From Thermodesulfobacteriota bacterium (GTDB lineage Bacteria > Desulfobacterota > Anaeroferrophillalia > Anaeroferrophillales > Tharpellaceae): a DNA stretch of 63,117 nt. The stretch's first letter is position 1; every line of letters begins with the position of its first letter. Positions 9,495 to 18,954 of the stretch are shown here, in pieces. The translations under genes and the position numbers were made by a program. Under the pieces are notes generated by a model. It was not told where the DNA came from, did not search any database, and saw only the letters and a list, made by a program, of their open reading frames with translations. Location: assembly GCA_024762675.1 (NCBI GenBank), contig JANTGZ010000002.1:1-63117 (forward strand), written 5' to 3'.

Positions 9495-10894
9495 CACAGG
9501 CACGGATCGATAGCCAAAAGAGAAAGGCTCTGGTCGTCGGTCTTGGAGTCAGCGGAGTTGCTGCAGCCAGGTTTTTACATCTGCAGGGCTGGTTGGTGGC
9601 GGTCAGTGATCAACGTTCTGCGATTGAACTGGAAGAGGTTCTTAAAACTCTGGCCGAAATCGGGATTGCCGATTTTGAGACCGGGGGGCATAGTGAAAAG
9701 TTCTTTCTAAATCGGGATTTGATTGTCGTCAGTCCCGGGGTGCCTTTGGCGTTGCCGATTTTTGAGGTTGCGCGACGAAGCGGTTGCGAGGTTATCGGTG
9801 AAGTTGAGCTTGCGGCACGCCATAGTAGATCCCCACTGGTGGCTTTGACCGGTACTAATGGAAAAACCACAACCGTGACTTTGCTGGGTGAGATTTTTGC
9901 GGCGGCCGGGATTAAGACCTTTGTCGGTGGTAATCTTGGCCGGCCGGCAGTTGAAATGGCGAATGAGCAGTTTGCGTCCGCTATTCTCGAACTCAGCAGT
10001 TTTCAACTCGAAGGCATCGAGAGTTTTCATCCTCGGATCGCAATTGTTTTAAACCTGACTCCCGACCATCAGGATCGTTATCCGGATACAAAAGCCTATC
10101 TTAAGGCCAAAACCGCGATTTGTCGGAATCAGGAGAGACCCGATCTTTTACTGCTTAACCGTGATGATCCGGAACTGGCAGCTTTTGGGGTTCTTATGAA
10201 AACCCGCAGGCAGGCGGGAGAAAATGTACCTGAAATACTCTTTTTTAGTGTTGAGCGCGAAGTCGAAATGGGGGCGAGCTGGTTGGCAGATGAAATAACC
10301 ATCAAGGCAAAATCCCTTGCTGGCAGTAATCTTGAAAGGGAGCTAAAGGCCCCGTTGCCGAAACTGCCGGGTGCCCATAATCGTTCCAATTACTTGGTGG
10401 CTCTGTTGGTGGCTCTGGTTTGGGGGATTAAAAAGGAGATAATCATTTCAACTCTTAATGCCTTTACCGGTATTGCCAATCGACTGGAGTATGTCGGGAG
10501 TCGGGCCGGGGTCGATTTTTACAACGATTCCAAGGCCACCAATATTGATGCAGTGATCAAGGCGGTAAACAGTTTCGACAGACCTCTGGTTCTCTTGTTG
10601 GGAGGTTATGATAAAGGGGCCGATTTTACGGTGCTCGATGGTCTCCTCAAACAAGGTTTGCGCGAGTTGATTCCCTTTGGCCGGGCCGCTAATGAAGTTG
10701 TCCGGCAATTGCCGGCTTACGACAAGGGTTTTAAGGCGCCTGATCTCCAAAGTGCCGTCGACCGGGCCGTGAGCGTGGCCCAATTTGGTGATGTTGTTCT
10801 CCTGGCCCCCGGTTGTGCCAGTTTTGACGAATTCAGGAATTATCAGGAACGCGGTGACGCCTTTCGTGCTCTGGTACGTGAGGCGTCACCGTAG
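9491..10894 (+). CDS. murD: UDP-MurNAc-L-Ala--D-Glu ligase MurD
   Basis: [15 protein letters not shown] Rossmann start and [10 protein letters not shown]-loop. ATG at 9491 overlaps the mraY stop (ATGA) and is preferred to the longer 9437 start. Confidence 0.9.
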   Translation: MTQARIDSQKRKALVVGLGVSGVAAARFLHLQGWLVAVSDQRSAIELEEVLKTLAEIGIADFETGGHSEKFFLNRDLIVVSPGVPLALPIFEVARRSGCEVIGEVELAARHSRSPLVALTGTNGKTTTVTLLGEIFAAAGIKTFVGGNLGRPAVEMANEQFASAILELSSFQLEGIESFHPRIAIVLNLTPDHQDRYPDTKAYLKAKTAICRNQERPDLLLLNRDDPELAAFGVLMKTRRQAGENVPEILFFSVEREVEMGASWLADEITIKAKSLAGSNLERELKAPLPKLPGAHNRSNYLVALLVALVWGIKKEIIISTLNAFTGIANRLEYVGSRAGVDFYNDSKATNIDAVIKAVNSFDRPLVLLLGGYDKGADFTVLDGLLKQGLRELIPFGRAANEVVRQLPAYDKGFKAPDLQSAVDRAVSVAQFGDVVLLAPGCASFDEFRNYQERGDAFRALVREASP

Positions 10895-10904
10895 ATGGTC
10901 AACT

Positions 10905-11984
10905 ATGAAACGCGATGAAATTATTCTATTGACAGTGGTTGGTACACTGCTCTGTCTGGGTTTACTGATGGTTTTTAATGCCAGCAGTATCAAAGCCTTG
11001 CACGCCAATGGACAAAGTAGTTTCTATCTCGGTCGGCAGATGATCTTCGCAATCTTTGGTGCAGTTGCACTCTTTCTTTGCGCCCGGTTTGATTATCACT
11101 GGTGGAGTAAGTTGACATTTCCCCTGGTTTTGCTCAGTCTAGCCATACTGGGGCTGGTTCTGGTGCCGGGAATCGGCCATCAGGTCAAAGGTGCAACACG
11201 TTGGATTAAGACTCCTCTTTTCAATCTTCAGGCCTCAGAGTTTTGTAAATTGAGTTTTATTATCTACCTGTGTGCCTATCTGGCAAAAAAAGGCGAGGAT
11301 ATCCGTGATTTTAAGCGGGGTTTGCTGCCGCCACTGGTTATTCTCGGAATTATGGTCGTACTTCTGATGCAGGAGCCCGATTTTGGTTCTTCCGTGGTTA
11401 TTGCCACCCTGACCGTAGTTCTGGTTTTCGTCTCGGGAGCTCGTTTTAAACACTTACTCCTTCTCGGGTCAGTCGGAGTAGTCGGGATAGTCGCGGCAAT
11501 TGCCGGTCGAGGCTATCGCATGGAACGTTTGATCTCTTTTCTGAATTGGGATGGAAAAGGGATATCATACCAGCTCAAACAATCATTGATAGCATATGGA
11601 TCAGGTGGAATAAGTGGGGTTGGCGCCGGTAACAGCGCCCAGAAGCTGTTCTATTTGCCCGAAGCCTATACCGATTTTATCGTTGCTGTGTGGGCCGAGG
11701 AGTTTGGTTTCATTGGGGTTACTTTACTGGTTTTTCTGATTCTGGCGCTACTTCTGATCGGTCTTAAAATTTCACGTTCAGCACCTGATCGGTTCGGCAC
11801 TCTCTTGGCCTTTGGCTTGACGCTGTTGCTGGTTTTGCAGATGACGGTCAACTATTGGGTTACCCTCGGACTTTTACCGACCAAGGGGCTGACCTTTCCA
11901 TTTTTAAGCTACGGCGGGAGTTCACTCTGTGTCTCTTTGGCCGCTGTTGGGGTATTGTTAAATGTCAGTCGCCAAACTCGCTAA
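10905..11984 (+). CDS. ftsW: SEDS-family peptidoglycan polymerase FtsW
   Basis: Polytopic SEDS protein (QPSEF-like LQASEFCKL, PDFGS, LPTKGLTFPFLSYGGSS). ATG at 10905 is preferred to the 10785 start, which overlaps murD. Confidence 0.9.
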   Translation: MKRDEIILLTVVGTLLCLGLLMVFNASSIKALHANGQSSFYLGRQMIFAIFGAVALFLCARFDYHWWSKLTFPLVLLSLAILGLVLVPGIGHQVKGATRWIKTPLFNLQASEFCKLSFIIYLCAYLAKKGEDIRDFKRGLLPPLVILGIMVVLLMQEPDFGSSVVIATLTVVLVFVSGARFKHLLLLGSVGVVGIVAAIAGRGYRMERLISFLNWDGKGISYQLKQSLIAYGSGGISGVGAGNSAQKLFYLPEAYTDFIVAVWAEEFGFIGVTLLVFLILALLLIGLKISRSAPDRFGTLLAFGLTLLLVLQMTVNYWVTLGLLPTKGLTFPFLSYGGSSLCVSLAAVGVLLNVSRQTR

Positions 11985-13095
11985 GACAGTTACCCCCGTA
12001 AGGACCATTCTTTTTGCCGGCGGCGGTACTGGTGGGCATCTTTTCCCGGGAATTGCTTTGGCCGAAGAATTTCGCCGCCGGCAGCCGGATACCGAGATTG
12101 TCTTTGCCGGCACCCGGCGTGGGTTGGAGGCCCGAGTAATTCCAGAGCTGGGTTATCCTTTGGTTTTCCTCGAGGTTCATGGGCTAGTGGGTGTCAGGGG
12201 AAGGCGTCGTCTTAAGGCATTGTTCAATTTCCCCAAAGCAGTGATTCAGGCTCTGATTCTCTTGGTCCGTTATCGGCCCTCCCTGGTTGTCGGGCTTGGT
12301 GGTTATGCCAGTGCTCCGGTAATGCTGGCCGCCATAGTCGCCGGGCTGCCATGGGTTTTGCAGGAGCAGAATGCCTTCCCCGGTCTGGTTAACCGGATTC
12401 TGGCGCCTTGGGCTGATGCGGTCTTTATCGCTTTTGCCAAAGCGAAAGAACATCTGCGCAGCCGTAAGGTATACGATTTCGGCAATCCTTTGCGGCTTCA
12501 ACTGCAAAGGCCTGGGAGCTCTGAGGTTTCGTCAGAGGAGATGGCCGCGGAAAAAAGATTTAATATCATGGTCGTCGGTGGCAGTCAGGGTGCCGGGATA
12601 CTTAATCGGGTGGTTCCTTTAGCGCTATCAAGGTTGGCGGAGCGTTACTCTGGATTAAAGGTTGTTCATCAGAGTGGCGTTCATGATTTTTCCGAGGTTG
12701 TAAAAGCTTATGACAGTTTGAGTGGGCGGGCTGAGGTGGCTGAATTTATTAGTGATATAGAATCTTACTACAGAGATGCCGATCTGATTATCTGCCGGGC
12801 TGGGGCCTTGACTCTGGCCGAATTGGGAGCCCTTGGAAAACCGGCAATTCTGGTACCTTTTCCCTATGCTGCTCATGATCACCAGACTTTCAATGCCAAA
12901 GCATTTGCAGATTCAGGGGCAGCTTGGTTGAGGCCTGAAAGTGAATTTGAGAGTCAGTCGCTGGCAGAGGATATTGAACGTCTTATCAATGATCCGCAAA
13001 TCTTGGCCAAGATGGCCGAGGCGGCACTTAAACAGGCGCGGCCCGAAGCTCGGGAGAAGATTGTCGATCGTTGCTTACAGTTGATGTCACAATAA
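11962..13095 (+). CDS. murG: UDP-GlcNAc:lipid I GlcNAc transferase MurG
   Basis: FAGGGTGGHLFPGIALAEE, CRAGALTLAELGALGKPAILVPFP and HQTFNA motifs. Confidence 0.9.
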   Translation: MSVAKLAKTVTPVRTILFAGGGTGGHLFPGIALAEEFRRRQPDTEIVFAGTRRGLEARVIPELGYPLVFLEVHGLVGVRGRRRLKALFNFPKAVIQALILLVRYRPSLVVGLGGYASAPVMLAAIVAGLPWVLQEQNAFPGLVNRILAPWADAVFIAFAKAKEHLRSRKVYDFGNPLRLQLQRPGSSEVSSEEMAAEKRFNIMVVGGSQGAGILNRVVPLALSRLAERYSGLKVVHQSGVHDFSEVVKAYDSLSGRAEVAEFISDIESYYRDADLIICRAGALTLAELGALGKPAILVPFPYAAHDHQTFNAKAFADSGAAWLRPESEFESQSLAEDIERLINDPQILAKMAEAALKQARPEAREKIVDRCLQLMSQ

Positions 13096-13135
13096 AATTA
13101 ATCAGGATAATAAAATTTTTTAACAGGGAAGTGAT

Positions 13136-14515
13136 TTGGTGAAAGGTATGCACCATAAGGTTGAGCGGGTTCATTTTGTCGGCATTGGCGGCAGCGGCAT
13201 GTGCGGTATCGCTGAGGTGTTGCTTAATCTGGGTTATCAGGTGCATGGTTCAGATTTGGCGAAGAGTCCGGTAACCGAACGGCTGGAAGGTATGGGTGCT
13301 CGTATATTCTATGGCCATGATCGGAAAAATGTTGGCGATGTTCAAGTGCTGGTTCGTTCGACAGCAGTGAAAGAAGATAATCCTGAAATCGTTGAGGCCC
13401 ATGCCCGGGCTATCCCGGTTATCCCCCGGGCCGAGATGCTGGCCGAACTGATGCGTCTGAAATATGGTATCGCAGTTGGTGGTACCCACGGCAAAACCAC
13501 TACGACGTCGATGATTGCAACTATGCTCAGTGGTACAGATCTTGACCCGACCGTGGTTATCGGAGGCCGACTCAACAGTATTAACAGTAATGCCTGTCTC
13601 GGAGAGGGAGAGATTCTGGTCGCGGAAGCCGACGAAAGTGATGGCTCATTTCTCGCGTTATCGCCGATTATTGCGATAATAACCAATATCGATCGTGAAC
13701 ATCTCGACTATTATCAGGGTGGCTTAAGTGAAATAGAGGATAACTTTGTCGCCTTTGCCAACAAAGTTCCATTTTACGGGTTGGTTGTCCTTTGTCTTGA
13801 TGATGCCCGGGTTCAGGAGATAATTCCTCGCATCGGGCGTCGGGTTTCGACCTACGGTTTTAACCCTCAGGCTGATGTAAGGGCTATTGAGGTAAAGATC
13901 AAAGGTATGCAGAGTTGTTTTAAGGTACTGGTTAAGGGACGGGAGTTGGGAGAATTTGTTATCGACATGCCGGGCCGCCATTATGTTCTCAACTGCCTGG
14001 CAGCGATTGCAACCGGTTTTGAACTGGGCCTCGAATTTTCCGACATTCGGGAACACCTCTCAGGTTTTGCCGGAGTTCAGCGACGTTTGCAGATTCTTGG
14101 GGAGTTTAAGGGAGCCCTTCTGGTTGATGATTATGGTCACCATCCAACCGAGATTCAGGTGACCCTTGAAGCTCTTCGCCAAGCTTGGCCTGAGAGACGT
14201 CTGGTGGCTCTTTTTCAACCCCATAGATATACGCGTACGCAGCATCTTTTTAATGATTTCCTGGTCGCTTTTAACGAGGCCGATATTCTCGTGGTAACAG
14301 CAATTTATGCCGCCGGAGAGACCCCCATTGATGGCATCAGCGGCGAATTATTAGCTGAAGCAATTCGTCAGCATGGCCATAAGCAGGTCTATTATTGTGC
14401 TGACCGCAAAGCTTTAAAAGCACTTGTTTTAGATCAAGTGCAACCAGCCGATCTTATCTTGACATTGGGTGCCGGAGATATCTGTCGTCTGGGGCAAGAG
14501 CTGGCTGAAGTGTAA
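13136..14515 (+). CDS. murC: UDP-MurNAc--L-Ala ligase MurC
   Basis: VHFVGIGGSGMCGIAEVL, GGTHGKTTTTSM and DDYGHHPTE. The start is ambiguous between TTG 13136, GTG 13139 and ATG 13148. Confidence 0.9.
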   Translation: MVKGMHHKVERVHFVGIGGSGMCGIAEVLLNLGYQVHGSDLAKSPVTERLEGMGARIFYGHDRKNVGDVQVLVRSTAVKEDNPEIVEAHARAIPVIPRAEMLAELMRLKYGIAVGGTHGKTTTTSMIATMLSGTDLDPTVVIGGRLNSINSNACLGEGEILVAEADESDGSFLALSPIIAIITNIDREHLDYYQGGLSEIEDNFVAFANKVPFYGLVVLCLDDARVQEIIPRIGRRVSTYGFNPQADVRAIEVKIKGMQSCFKVLVKGRELGEFVIDMPGRHYVLNCLAAIATGFELGLEFSDIREHLSGFAGVQRRLQILGEFKGALLVDDYGHHPTEIQVTLEALRQAWPERRLVALFQPHRYTRTQHLFNDFLVAFNEADILVVTAIYAAGETPIDGISGELLAEAIRQHGHKQVYYCADRKALKALVLDQVQPADLILTLGAGDICRLGQELAEV

Positions 14516-14554
14516 ACGTAGCCTGCTTTAGGGTTTAAAGAGGTTTGTTTTGAG

Positions 14555-14869
14555 ATGCCGAGATTAATTGTTATGAGATTGAGCTTAACTTTCCTGCTCT
14601 TAACATTTTTTCTAATTTCCTGCACGACTCCCGGCGGTCGTCAGGCCGGCGTTGTCTATGATGATACGGTGATTGCGACAAAGGTCAAAGGGCGTTTGAC
14701 CGAGATGATGGGCGCTAAAGTTATCGGTGTCGATGTAGATGTCTATCAGGGAGAGGTTACCCTGCAGGGGCGGGTTCGCAGTCCCAATATGGAGAGTCGG
14801 GTAGTAGCTGTAGTCGCTAGAACTCCCGGAGTTAGGAAAGTTATTAATCTCTTAAAAATTATACCATAG
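14555..14869 (+). CDS. BON-domain lipoprotein (OsmY-like)
   Basis: 104 aa. Signal peptide with lipobox LISC. Single BON-like domain (DDTVIATKVKGRL...VDVDVYQGEVTLQGRVRS...VARTPGVRKVINLL). Confidence 0.7.
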   Translation: MPRLIVMRLSLTFLLLTFFLISCTTPGGRQAGVVYDDTVIATKVKGRLTEMMGAKVIGVDVDVYQGEVTLQGRVRSPNMESRVVAVVARTPGVRKVINLLKIIP

Positions 14870-14876
14870 GCTGCTC

Positions 14877-15791
14877 TTGATTAGCGAAGAACAGAAAGAT
14901 GAGTTGCGTCGGCATTTGGCAGGGTTCCTGATTGAGGAAGAGCCTCTGGCGTTGAAAACTGCTTTCAAGATTGGTGGCGCCGCAGCTTTTTATCTGCAAC
15001 CTGAAACTTTAGAGGATCTCGAACTGACCCTGCGAACTTTAGCAGAGTTGGAGCTGCAATTTGTGATTCTTGGCGGTGGTTGTAATATTCTGGTTGCCGA
15101 CGCAGGGATTCGAGACCAGGTGGTGATCGACCTTGGCAAAGGTTTCAGGCATCTTGAGGTTGTTGGCTCTGACTTCTGGTCGGCAATGCTCAGGGTCGAA
15201 TGCGGAGTTCATATCTCCCAGTTGATTAAACTGAGTGAAGTTGAAGGGTATGGTGGGCTCGAAAAGCTGGCTGGCATTCCGGGAACTGTCGGCGGGGCTC
15301 TGGCTATGAACGCCGGGGCTTATGATGCTACGATCTATGACTGTCTCGGAGCCCTTCAGATTATGGAAAAAGATGGGCTTGTTTGGCGGAGCGCGTCGCA
15401 CTTTAAGCCGAGTTATCGCGATGGTGGTTTGGCGCCGGGGCAGGTACTGATCGCAGCCTATTTTCTGCTTGAACGCAGAGCTCATGTTGAGATTACAACG
15501 GAAATTGCCAGGATTAAGGATTTGCGACGGCAGCGCCTGCCGCGCGGAGCTCATGCCGGTTCGGTATTTAAAAATCCGGCTGGAGATTTTGCCGGTCGTC
15601 TTCTAGAAGAGTCCGGTTGCAAGGGGATGCGTTGCGGGGGCGCATATGTTTCTGAAGAGCATGCCAACGTTATCGTCGCGGACAAGGGTTCACGAGCTGA
15701 TGAGGTTATGGCCCTGATGGAGAGTATGCAGGCCCGGGTATGCGATCGTCATGGGGTCAATCTCGAACCGGAGATCAAGATATACTCTTGA
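14877..15791 (+). CDS. murB: UDP-N-acetylenolpyruvoylglucosamine reductase MurB
   Basis: 304 aa. FAD-binding FKIGGAAAFY..ILGGGCNILV, IPGTVGGALAMNAGAY, and GSVFKNP near the C-terminus. TTG start. Confidence 0.85.
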   Translation: MISEEQKDELRRHLAGFLIEEEPLALKTAFKIGGAAAFYLQPETLEDLELTLRTLAELELQFVILGGGCNILVADAGIRDQVVIDLGKGFRHLEVVGSDFWSAMLRVECGVHISQLIKLSEVEGYGGLEKLAGIPGTVGGALAMNAGAYDATIYDCLGALQIMEKDGLVWRSASHFKPSYRDGGLAPGQVLIAAYFLLERRAHVEITTEIARIKDLRRQRLPRGAHAGSVFKNPAGDFAGRLLEESGCKGMRCGGAYVSEEHANVIVADKGSRADEVMALMESMQARVCDRHGVNLEPEIKIYS

Positions 15792-15803
15792 CCAAGAGAG
15801 GTA

Positions 15804-16736
15804 GTGATGAAATTTGCGCGGAATACAAGGATTGGGGTACTCTATGGCGGACTCTCTGCCGAGCGCGAGGTTTCACTTAAAAGTGGTAAGGCGGTAGGTT
15901 TGGCCCTGCAGGAGCTGGGCTACCTGGTGACCCTGATTGATGTTGACCGCCAGGTTGTTGAACGACTTAAAGAGTCTCGGGTTGAAGCGGTTTTTATCGC
16001 ACTGCATGGGGCTTATGGAGAGGATGGCTCGATTCAGGGGGTTTTGGAATATCTTAAGATTCCCTATACCGGTCCCGGGGTAATGGGTAGCAGTATCGCC
16101 ATGAATAAGGTTATGAGCAAAAGGGTTCTGCTCTCACACAATATTCCGACCCCCGATTATACTGTGCCAGATGTGGATGAAGCTGAGATCGCGGTGCCGC
16201 CGGGCGGTTATCCTCTGGTAGTAAAGCCGGTGGGCGAGGGTTCAAGTCTTGGCTTAAGTATTGTTGCTGATGCTGAACAGTTGCCTGAAGCCTTGGTTAA
16301 GGCTCGTGAATATAGTCGACAGGTGATGATTGAGAGCTATATTCCTGGGCTTGAATTGACTGCAGCGATTTTAGGTGGCGAAGCTCTGCCGTTGATTGAA
16401 ATTAGAGCCCGGGGCGGAGTATACGATTATCAGGCTAAATATACCAAAGGCTACACTGAGTATCTGGTACCGGCCCCGGTAGCTCCGGATATCACCCGAA
16501 GGGTAAAGGATCTGGCTAAATCAAGCGCCCGGGCTTTGGGGTGTACGCGGGGAGCGGTGCGGGTCGATTTTCGTCTTGATATGAAGAACCGGCCCTATGT
16601 GATTGAAGTCAATACGGTGCCGGGGATGACGGAAACCAGCCTCCTGCCGCAGGCTGCAGAGGCTGCGGGGATTGACTTTATAACGTTAATAGATCGCATT
16701 CTTCAAGGTGCCGGTCTTGATCTTGCCCCGTTCTGA
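15804..16736 (+). CDS. ddl: D-alanine--D-alanine ligase
   Basis: 310 aa. VLYGGLSAEREVSL, ALHGAYGEDGSIQG, ATP-grasp VVKPVGEGSSLG, and EVNTVPGMTETSLLP. Confidence 0.9.
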   Translation: MMKFARNTRIGVLYGGLSAEREVSLKSGKAVGLALQELGYLVTLIDVDRQVVERLKESRVEAVFIALHGAYGEDGSIQGVLEYLKIPYTGPGVMGSSIAMNKVMSKRVLLSHNIPTPDYTVPDVDEAEIAVPPGGYPLVVKPVGEGSSLGLSIVADAEQLPEALVKAREYSRQVMIESYIPGLELTAAILGGEALPLIEIRARGGVYDYQAKYTKGYTEYLVPAPVAPDITRRVKDLAKSSARALGCTRGAVRVDFRLDMKNRPYVIEVNTVPGMTETSLLPQAAEAAGIDFITLIDRILQGAGLDLAPF

Positions 16737-17628
16737 TAAGAGTAAGCGGCGTGTACGGATTAGCAATAGTCGTAAAGATGTCCGGCGTGCCCGTCGTCCG
16801 AATTCCAAGAGTGTTAACCGTAAACTCTTGTTGTTTTTGGCGTTTGCTTGTCTTTGCGGGCTTGGTAGTGGAGCTTTGTGGCTCTGGTGGCCGACACTCG
16901 TAACCAGTGTCGATGGATGGTTCAAAGGGCGGGACGGATTTCTGGTCAAAGAGGTTATCGTACAGGGTAACTTTCGCAGCTCCCGTCAGGATATAATTAA
17001 GGCCCTGGGCCTGGCCCCACGGCAATTGATCTTTACCTTTGATCTCAAGCAAGTCCAGAATCGGGTGAATGCCCTGCCTTTTGTCAGGGAGACCCAGATT
17101 CATCGGCGCTGGCCTGACCGTCTTGAAATTATGGTAACAGAACGCCGCCCCAAAGCTCTTTTCTATCTTGACGAACTTTACCTGGTCGATCGGGATGGGG
17201 GGTTGATTGCTCCGGCACCCAAAAATGAGATGCTCGATTTTCCACTCATCAGCGGAGCTTCGGTGACCCAGTGGCAAAATCAACCGGAGGTCTGGATTAG
17301 GTTGTTGAAAAAAGCTCTTACTCTACTCTCTATATGGGAGAAAAGGGGCCGGGATTGGCCCGAAAAAGTTGCCCAGGTTGGGCTTGATGAGGTTTGCGGG
17401 GTAACTGTTTTTACCACCGATAAGGCCTGGGAGTTGCAATTGGGATTAGAGGGTTTTGACGAGCGTCTTAAGCGTTGGCGGCAGGTCTTAGAGGTGCTCG
17501 GGGAGAGAGCGATGGCAGTAAGTTATTTTGATTGTGCCGGGACCGATACGGTAGTGGCCGGCCTTAGGCCGCATCCCAAGGGTACTTTTTCTGAGAAGCT
17601 CAGAGCGCAAACAGATGGCGTCGATTAG
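16708..17628 (+). CDS. ftsQ: Cell division protein FtsQ
   Basis: Basic N-terminus, one TM helix, then POTRA-like VKEVIVQGNFRSSRQDI. Position between ddl and ftsA fits FtsQ. The start (GTG 16708, overlapping ddl) is uncertain. Confidence 0.75.
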   Translation: MPVLILPRSDKSKRRVRISNSRKDVRRARRPNSKSVNRKLLLFLAFACLCGLGSGALWLWWPTLVTSVDGWFKGRDGFLVKEVIVQGNFRSSRQDIIKALGLAPRQLIFTFDLKQVQNRVNALPFVRETQIHRRWPDRLEIMVTERRPKALFYLDELYLVDRDGGLIAPAPKNEMLDFPLISGASVTQWQNQPEVWIRLLKKALTLLSIWEKRGRDWPEKVAQVGLDEVCGVTVFTTDKAWELQLGLEGFDERLKRWRQVLEVLGERAMAVSYFDCAGTDTVVAGLRPHPKGTFSEKLRAQTDGVD

Positions 17629-17641
17629 AAGGCGGAGAAAC

Positions 17642-18871
17642 ATGGCCAAAAATGAACAGATGGTTGTCGGTATTGATCTGGGAACGACGAAAACCTGTGT
17701 CTTAGTGGGTTTGATGGGTGAGGACGGGCTTGAAGTTGCAGGTTTTGGCACTGCCCCTTCGAGCGGCTTGCGTAAAGGGGTGGTTATCAACCTTGACAGT
17801 ACGGTGGAGTCGATCCGTCAGGCTGTCGAAGAGGCGGAAAAGATGTGCGGCCAGAGAATCAAGGTCGTTCAGACAGGCATAGCCGGTAGTCATCTTCAAG
17901 GTCTTAACAGCCACGGGATTATCGGAGTTAAGGACCGTGAAGTAAGCGTTCGCGATGTCGAACAGGTGTTGGATGCGGCTCGGGCCGTGGCAATTCCGCT
18001 TGATCGTGAGGTTATCGATACCATTCCTCAGCAGTTCTTTCTCGATGATCAGGAGGGTGTGGTTGATCCGGTTGGTATGTCCGGGGTGCGTCTTGAGGTT
18101 GATGTTCATATTGTCACAGCGGCAGCGGCCTCTTTGCAGAATATCTATCGCTGCTGTAACCGGGCCGGACTTGACGTTAGAGGGGTGGTTTTACAGCAAC
18201 TAGCTTCAAGCCGGGCGGTTTTGACTGCTGAAGAGCGTGAATTAGGGGTTGTTCTGGTCGATGTCGGTGGAGGAACCACTGATATTGCAATCTTTATTAA
18301 TGGTACTATCTGCTACACGGCTTCTCTCCCTCTTGGAGGGAATCAGGTGACCAGTGATATCGCAATCGGCTTGCGAACGCCGATGGAGGCAGCCGAAAAG
18401 ATTAAACGTAATTATGGCTGTACGACGACACGAGTTATTGATCAGGATGAAGCGATAGAGGTGCCGAGTGTTGGCGGACGGCCACCCAGGAAGTTGTCGC
18501 GCCAGATCTTGGGTGAAATTATCGAACCGCGCTTGGAAGAGATTTTTGAGCTGGCAAATCGTGAGCTGCATAAATCGGGCGTTTATGACCAGGTTGTTTC
18601 CGGGGTGGTTGTCACCGGAGGTACCGCATTGTTGTCGGGAACCGCAGAACTGGCGGAAAAAGTTTTTGAACTGCAGGCTCGTGTCGGTTTTCCCGAAGGC
18701 AAAGGGAGTGGTTTTGAAGCTGTTAAAAACCCGATGTACGCGACCGCTGTTGGCCTGCTCCAATACGCCGCCGAGAAACATCCAGCAGGGCGTAGCAACA
18801 GTAATCTCAGTCGTTTGGAGATGGGCAGTTTTTTTAATAAAGTTATGACCTGGTTGAAGGACTTTTTCTAG
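17642..18871 (+). CDS. ftsA: Cell division protein FtsA
   Basis: Actin fold (VVGIDLGTTKTCVLVG, VDVGGGTTDIAIF, VVTGGTALLSG). ATG at 17642 is preferred to the 17615 start. Confidence 0.9.
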   Translation: MAKNEQMVVGIDLGTTKTCVLVGLMGEDGLEVAGFGTAPSSGLRKGVVINLDSTVESIRQAVEEAEKMCGQRIKVVQTGIAGSHLQGLNSHGIIGVKDREVSVRDVEQVLDAARAVAIPLDREVIDTIPQQFFLDDQEGVVDPVGMSGVRLEVDVHIVTAAAASLQNIYRCCNRAGLDVRGVVLQQLASSRAVLTAEERELGVVLVDVGGGTTDIAIFINGTICYTASLPLGGNQVTSDIAIGLRTPMEAAEKIKRNYGCTTTRVIDQDEAIEVPSVGGRPPRKLSRQILGEIIEPRLEEIFELANRELHKSGVYDQVVSGVVVTGGTALLSGTAELAEKVFELQARVGFPEGKGSGFEAVKNPMYATAVGLLQYAAEKHPAGRSNSNLSRLEMGSFFNKVMTWLKDFF

Positions 18872-18954
18872 GCGAACTACAAATATGTATTAAGTTTTCA
18901 GGTATTTATTTAGGGCGTGATGGCATCTTTAGGGGCAAGAAGGGGGAGAGAACG

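Noticed and set aside
15039-17283. Minus-strand ORFs 15039-15554 and 16678-17283
   Set aside because: They are antisense to murB and to ddl/ftsQ, inside a tightly packed plus-strand operon. No motifs.
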